A stretch of 10,655 nucleotides of DNA from Octopus sinensis (Eukaryota): NCBI RefSeq assembly GCF_006345805.1, contig NW_021827365.1, positions 1-10,655 of the forward strand. The letters are read 5' to 3'. The first letter of the stretch is position 1. Every line of letters starts with the position of its first letter. The notes below the pieces were generated by a model that did not search any database, had not been told where the DNA came from, and was given only the letters and a program-made list of their open reading frames with translations. Shown piece by piece: positions 7,904-10,655 of this stretch. The position numbers and the translations under genes are program-made.

Positions 7904-9200
7904 ATGGCTTCACAAATATATAAAAGGAAGTCTTCCTTTTATTTTAAAAGTCAAGCTCCTGATAGAGTCAGGAAGCGGTAACTCGGCACGCCTCATCAAA
8001 TCCAGAAAGAAATTCAAATGGAGATGCAAACCAGAGTGGGACTTGTGTATTACCACATGAGACGAGACAGTCTACCCATAAATGCCCAAACTACCTCCGA
8101 CAATCCCAGCCGAGCACTAATAAATGCAAACCGAGTCTCGTAGTTGGAAAAGTCAGTACAACCGTAATGCACAATATCGGTCGCACTAATTTGCCCGACT
8201 AACCCATATGCAGTGACATCGTCCATTACTGACTATATATTACAGACAAGGACACTCAATATGGTCGGGGAGGCTGGGTTGTAAGAGGGGAGGTCACTCC
8301 GGGAAGATAACACATGCACATTAATCTCCAACGGCCTCAATGCCTTTAAAAATTACCCCCAACTCTACGTTCGCCACAAGTTTCAGATCATCGAAAATGT
8401 TTTCCACAAATACGAGGACAAGAGGAGTTCTGTTATGGCAGAGTGACTGGAGAGTACGGAAGAGGCAACTCATTTGGAAACATCCGTCTTTCCGGGTGAC
8501 TTCGACAGTCTACTGTGGGGTGACTAACAGTACATGACTCAAGGACTTCATCACGGAGTACTCCACAGCGGATTCGAAGATAACCTGGGCAGAAGAAAGA
8601 CAAAAGTCTTTGAATTTGGATATATGAAAGTTCCAAAAAGAGGCGACCACTATTTTTTGAACTATGGAGTCTCTGATCAAATTAATGAGCACGGCCATAT
8701 GGTCAGTCCACGTGAGCAACACGACCTCGGCATCCTCCACAACCAAGTAAGCAAGACGAGCCAAATTAGTTGATTTGTCTTTCAGTCGGTAAAATAAGCA
8801 GGGGACTGTGCAAATCAGAATATCACATTCTCGGGAGACTTCGAGCTGGCACAATTAATTAAAAAATGAACTTGGCTGTCCTCGTCACTCATTCTTTCAG
8901 TTAGGGTACAAATTGTAAGTTTTGTCGATAACCTTTCCAGAATATTCTCTAATGTTCTGTGGATGTCCTCCACTTTGGAACATTGGTCGGTCAAGATTAG
9001 CAAAATTGGCTAAAATGTGATAATAATAATTACGCTATGTCCAGGTATCTCACTCGGAGGTAGGTCGTAGTGAATCCGATTAATGACAGGGATCAGGTGA
9101 TCAGCCTGGTTTTTTGTGTCTGCCGAAATAGTTAGGACGTCTCGTTTACTAATTATATGCCTCCAAAGGCATTTCTGATATGCACTTTGAGGGGAAAATG
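7904..9200 (+). pseudogene. Unidentified stop-interrupted coding remnant
   Basis: ATG at 7904 sits at an AT-to-GC transition and is in frame with ORF 8534..8773 (290 codons, six internal stops). Coding-like composition continues to about 9200. No family recognised. Confidence 0.4.
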
Positions 9201-9355
9201 ATATCTATTTTAATTGATTTATATTACGTTTTCTAAATTTTTGTTTTCGGGGAAATATAAATCAGTTGATTCGCAGTATTCAGAACCATCAACAGGAAGC
9301 ATTGATTGAATTATTGATTAAAGCACTCTTTATTTATTATTTTTAAATAGTTTCT

Positions 9356-9443
9356 AAATAATGCTAATAATCATTTAAATATATGAATACCCTTGATGAC
9401 CAAGTGGTCGAAATAATGCTAATAATCATTTAAATATATGAAT
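9356..9443. repeat. 33-bp exact direct repeat with a 22-nt spacer
   Basis: AAATAATGCTAATAATCATTTAAATATATGAAT at 9356-9388 and 9411-9443; spacer ACCCTTGATGACCAAGTGGTCG. Confidence 0.9.
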
Positions 9444-9624
9444 TAATCCGGAATTAGTATAATTTCGTTGATCGATATGTAGATGAATTCAATTATTTTA
9501 TCAAAAAGTAAATAAATAACTAACTGTCCCAAGAGTAATTGGAACATGATATTCTATCTGTTGGAAATAAATGTGAAATTTATCTATAAATAAAACGAAT
9601 TTTGTAATTTTTTATGATCTAGGA

Positions 9625-10135
9625 CAGCGGTTCTCAAATGCTGCCCCCATGATTTTTTTGCGGCCCCTCTAGAGTAACTAACTTTTTTAATTTTTAATAA
9701 TGTTTAAATTTAATTATTCATTCTTAAAGTTAAACATATCCATAATTGGTGCTTTCATTAATCAAATTGAAGCACGTTTTGGGGTACATTATAAATTTAA
9801 TTTTTAGAATTTTAAAGAATTCCTTCCTTTAATGAAAATATTCGTAACTCCATTCAACGTGGAAATTAAGGATGCGCCTGCAAAGTTTCAACTAGAACTC
9901 ATTAATTTACAACATGATATAGAACTGGCGGCATTATTCAAAAATGCGTCCATTATTAATTTTTACGAATTAATTCCTCAAGACAAATTCAAAAATATAA
10001 CACACAATGCATATACATATTTATGCGAATCAATATTTAGTAAAATGGAAAATATAAAAATATTTTTTGTGCGGCCCGCGAAGCTAATCTTAATTATCGA
10101 TTTGGCCCTTGAGTTAAAAAGGTTAAGAACCCCTG
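9625..10135 (+). mobile_element. Internally deleted hAT transposon (Charlie/SPIN-like; GTF2IRD2-like transposase C-terminus)
   Basis: Termini CAGCGGTTCTCAA and TTAAGAACCCCTG are imperfect inverted repeats; GCGGCCC motifs lie near both ends; flanks ATCTAGGA and CTCTAGAC share the TCTAG core. About 9808-10059 reads F.TPFNV..KDAPAKFQLELINLQ.D.EL...F.....NFY..I...KF.NI...TYLCESIFSKM..IK. Confidence 0.85.
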
Positions 10136-10429
10136 CTCTAGACATACCACTTGGTCTGCCGCAAAGTCGATGTAGCCGGGGAGAATGATCAAGTCACTAC
10201 TAATTAGGTTAGTTCTCTACTTGTAGGACAGGCTGTACACTGATGAAAATATTTTATCCGCTGTGGACCCATCATCAATAGCGTGCATTTATTGACTGTT
10301 AATTGCTTTATTAATTTATTTATTTATTAACCCCCAAGTTATTATTCATTTAGAATCAAGCTTTTACTTTATTTGTTTATGATTAAAGTTATTAAAATAT
10401 TACTTTAAAATGTAGATCTGTTGAATCAA

Positions 10430-10511
10430 TTTTATGGTACGGTCAATCATTCGGACAACGAGGACAGTTTTCAGAGGTCCTGGGTTCGAATCCACAAAGG
10501 AGCATTTTTTT
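10430..10511 (+). other. tRNA-derived remnant (SINE head or tRNA pseudogene)
   Basis: AGAGGTCCTGGGTTCGAATCC with a perfect B box GGTTCGAATCC at 10483-10493 and a T-run shortly after. No convincing A box or cloverleaf. Confidence 0.45.
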
Positions 10512-10655
10512 GATTTAGAAAACCTTAATATAAATAATGTTTAAATAATAGACAATATCTGCTATTTATATTCTGGACAACTCAGCAGAAGTAATAACAA
10601 ACCTAACCTATTCTAGCCATTAATATGTAGTCAATACGTGCCCAACATATCTGCA

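Noticed and set aside
7904-8773. Host-wide TAA/TAG-to-Gln genetic code
   Set aside because: The long open LINE frames elsewhere contain no in-frame TAA/TAG at Gln positions, several elements end in TAA, and this frame also has an internal TGA.
7904-9000. Orthomyxovirus PA/PB1/NP homology from short matches (RHKFQIIE, THLE, GRRKT, ITFP...PP)
   Set aside because: The order and spacing of the matches are inconsistent with those proteins as I recall them; likely coincidence without a profile search.
9356-9443. CRISPR array
   Set aside because: Only two repeats, AT-rich and non-palindromic, one short spacer, no cas genes, eukaryotic context.
9832-10188. Intact 118-aa gene
   Set aside because: Only the first 76 or so codons are transposase-like; the frame then reads through the element end into flanking DNA.

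Overview
AT-rich eukaryotic DNA (host not identifiable; a parasite-type genome such as a microsporidian is a guess) that is mostly nested, decayed transposons. There is no prokaryotic operon, CRISPR array or rRNA. Positions 1-2415 (minus strand) are a mosaic: a 5'-truncated 3' end of an APE-type LINE (copy B), about 60 nt of AT-rich leader, the first 53 codons of a divergent histone H4 fused in frame to a LINE ORF1 (gag-like) fragment, an ORF1-tail-like segment, and the C-terminal half of the same LINE's reverse transcriptase (copy A, running off the window). Further along are a 5'-truncated RTE-type LINE with an (AAT)n tail, a 100-aa orphan ORF, three hAT DNA transposon remnants, a 120-bp retroposed insert with a 13-bp target-site duplication (TSD), the 5' part of an R4/Dong-like non-LTR element, a 290-codon stop-interrupted frame of unknown origin, and a tRNA B-box remnant. 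The most notable signal is the open histone H4-LINE ORF1 chimera and the surrounding serial-junction structure. All family calls are from motif recall, not database searches.
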